From Paragordius varius (Eukaryota; Animalia; Nematomorpha): a DNA stretch of 64,000 bases. Below, one piece after another: positions 62,832 to 64,000 of this stretch (the first letter of the stretch is position 1; each line of letters begins with the position of its first letter). Below the pieces are notes generated by a model. It was given only the letters and a program-made list of their open reading frames with translations, was not told the DNA's origin and did not search any database. The position numbers were made by a program, and so were the translations under genes. The stretch is taken from NCBI GenBank assembly GCA_964247055.1, contig OZ176052.1, positions 1,116,001 through 1,180,000 of the forward strand, in the 5' to 3' direction.

Positions 62832-63044
62832 TACCATTTACAATTCAATTCACCCTCAAAAAGTTATATGTTTTTTAAGATTAAAAATTACCCATATTTT
62901 TATAATTTATTAAAAAATAAAAATATGTATTAAATTAAAATAATACTGAAAAAATAATAAACTGCCATTATTAGTTCGAAAATACGCAATAAATTTTAGG
63001 GTCAAGTTGAATTGTTCGAGGGTGAATTTGAACTGTAAATGGTA
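62832..63044. mobile_element. MITE family A copy 20 (internal deletion)
   Basis: Both termini, shortened core. Confidence 0.85.
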
Positions 63045-64000
63045 TGGATATATGGTAAATAGCGCATAAGATAAGATGAAGGGAAATTTTGGCAGGTGAA
63101 TAGTGTATAATACAACAAAATAAAAATTTTATTAAACTTTTAAATGCTGTAAAAAAATCAGAAACATCTCTTATCATAATGAACGTTTTAAAACTAATTA
63201 ACTCATGCTCATATCATGAACTTTTCCGTCGATTAATACAAGGTCCTATTTTTTAAAATTTGAACAACCTTTCCTCAATATATTTAGATGGTAATAATAT
63301 TGAAACTCTCTTAATAAGCCAAAAATAATATCAATTATTTTCTTTTTTTTTTGATTTTTTTAAATATCTGTGGGAATTATTATATTATAGTAATAATTAA
63401 TTCAAATTTAATGAAAAAATTTCATTTTATTATTGGGAGGACAATTCATTTATTAACATTCTGTAAAAGTAAAACCAAACCCCTAATGTTCAAAAATAAA
63501 AAGTTAACTTAATTAATTTATTTGTTCATTTCGGTTTTTAGAAAATTAGAGAGAAAAAATCAATAAAATTTATAAATATCTTATCAAAAATGTAATTTAA
63601 ATATTCAAAATTGATTAAATTTTAAACGAAAAAAAATTTTTTTTGTGAAAAAAAGTCATCACACGCGTTTCAAGGGAGTGTCCATTGCAATAACTTAAAA
63701 CTTAAAATTAAACTGGGCACTAATTAAACCTAATATAATTGATTGTGCTAAAAAAATCAGAACTTTTTTGTTTCAATATCCAAAATAAACTTAGAGATGT
63801 CCACCGACCGAATTTTAATCTAACAACTAGGATTCAAGGATAACTTATGTTAATTATATATTTCTCGACACATATCTGTCAAAAATAATTTTACTTTGTT
63901 ATAATATAATAATTACAAAAAAAATTTTTATATTAATCACCAAAATTATATAACTAATTAAATTTATTAATCATATTGTGTACAAATCATTTTTTTTGAT

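Noticed and set aside
3771-63044. MITE A as an introner (intron-generating element) or a ciliate-type TA-bounded IES
   Set aside because: No copy defines a splice site or interrupts an exon. All lie inside larger introns or intergenic DNA.
1-64000. rRNA, tRNA, snRNA or autonomous transposase/reverse transcriptase genes
   Set aside because: No recognisable conserved RNA sequences or DDE, RT or RepHel coding motifs were seen by eye. A covariance-model search was not possible.

Overview
Very AT-rich, intron-rich eukaryotic (animal-type) genomic DNA; the taxon cannot be named from the sequence. Three protein-coding units are supported. (1) A 410-codon Asn/Lys/Ser-rich ORF of unknown function at 366-1598 (+). 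(2) A complete but heavily remodelled HECTD1/Ufd4-type E3 ubiquitin ligase at 2880-50014 (-). I assembled it by hand into 56 phase-consistent GT-AG exons (12,663 nt, about 4,220 aa). It keeps the ARM N-terminus, the SUN-like domain and the HECT domain, but apparently lacks the ankyrin repeats and the MIB/HERC2 domain and carries very large low-complexity insertions. (3) ALG1 beta-1,4-mannosyltransferase at 54442-61883 (+), 10 exons, about 438 aa, with an obligatory 27-nt first intron. HECTD1 and ALG1 are head-to-head. Introns and spacers are packed with non-autonomous transposons. The main family has about 21 copies with CC...GG ends in TATA targets and arms built from 21-bp TTCAA-N8-TTGAA units, and there is one sister-family copy. 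Also present are three TA-flanked Tc1/mariner-like MITE families, two hAT-like MITEs with 8-bp TSDs, two Helitrons, a nested foldback element and tandem arrays. The most unusual signals are the 21-bp-phased MITE family and its fixed spacing from splice acceptors, tandem duplications that copy real splice junctions into decoy sites, the 27-nt intron, and the HECTD1 domain loss and expansion. No rRNA, tRNA, CRISPR array or transposase gene was found. All exon coordinates and counts are manual. Comparisons with human proteins are from memory and need alignment.
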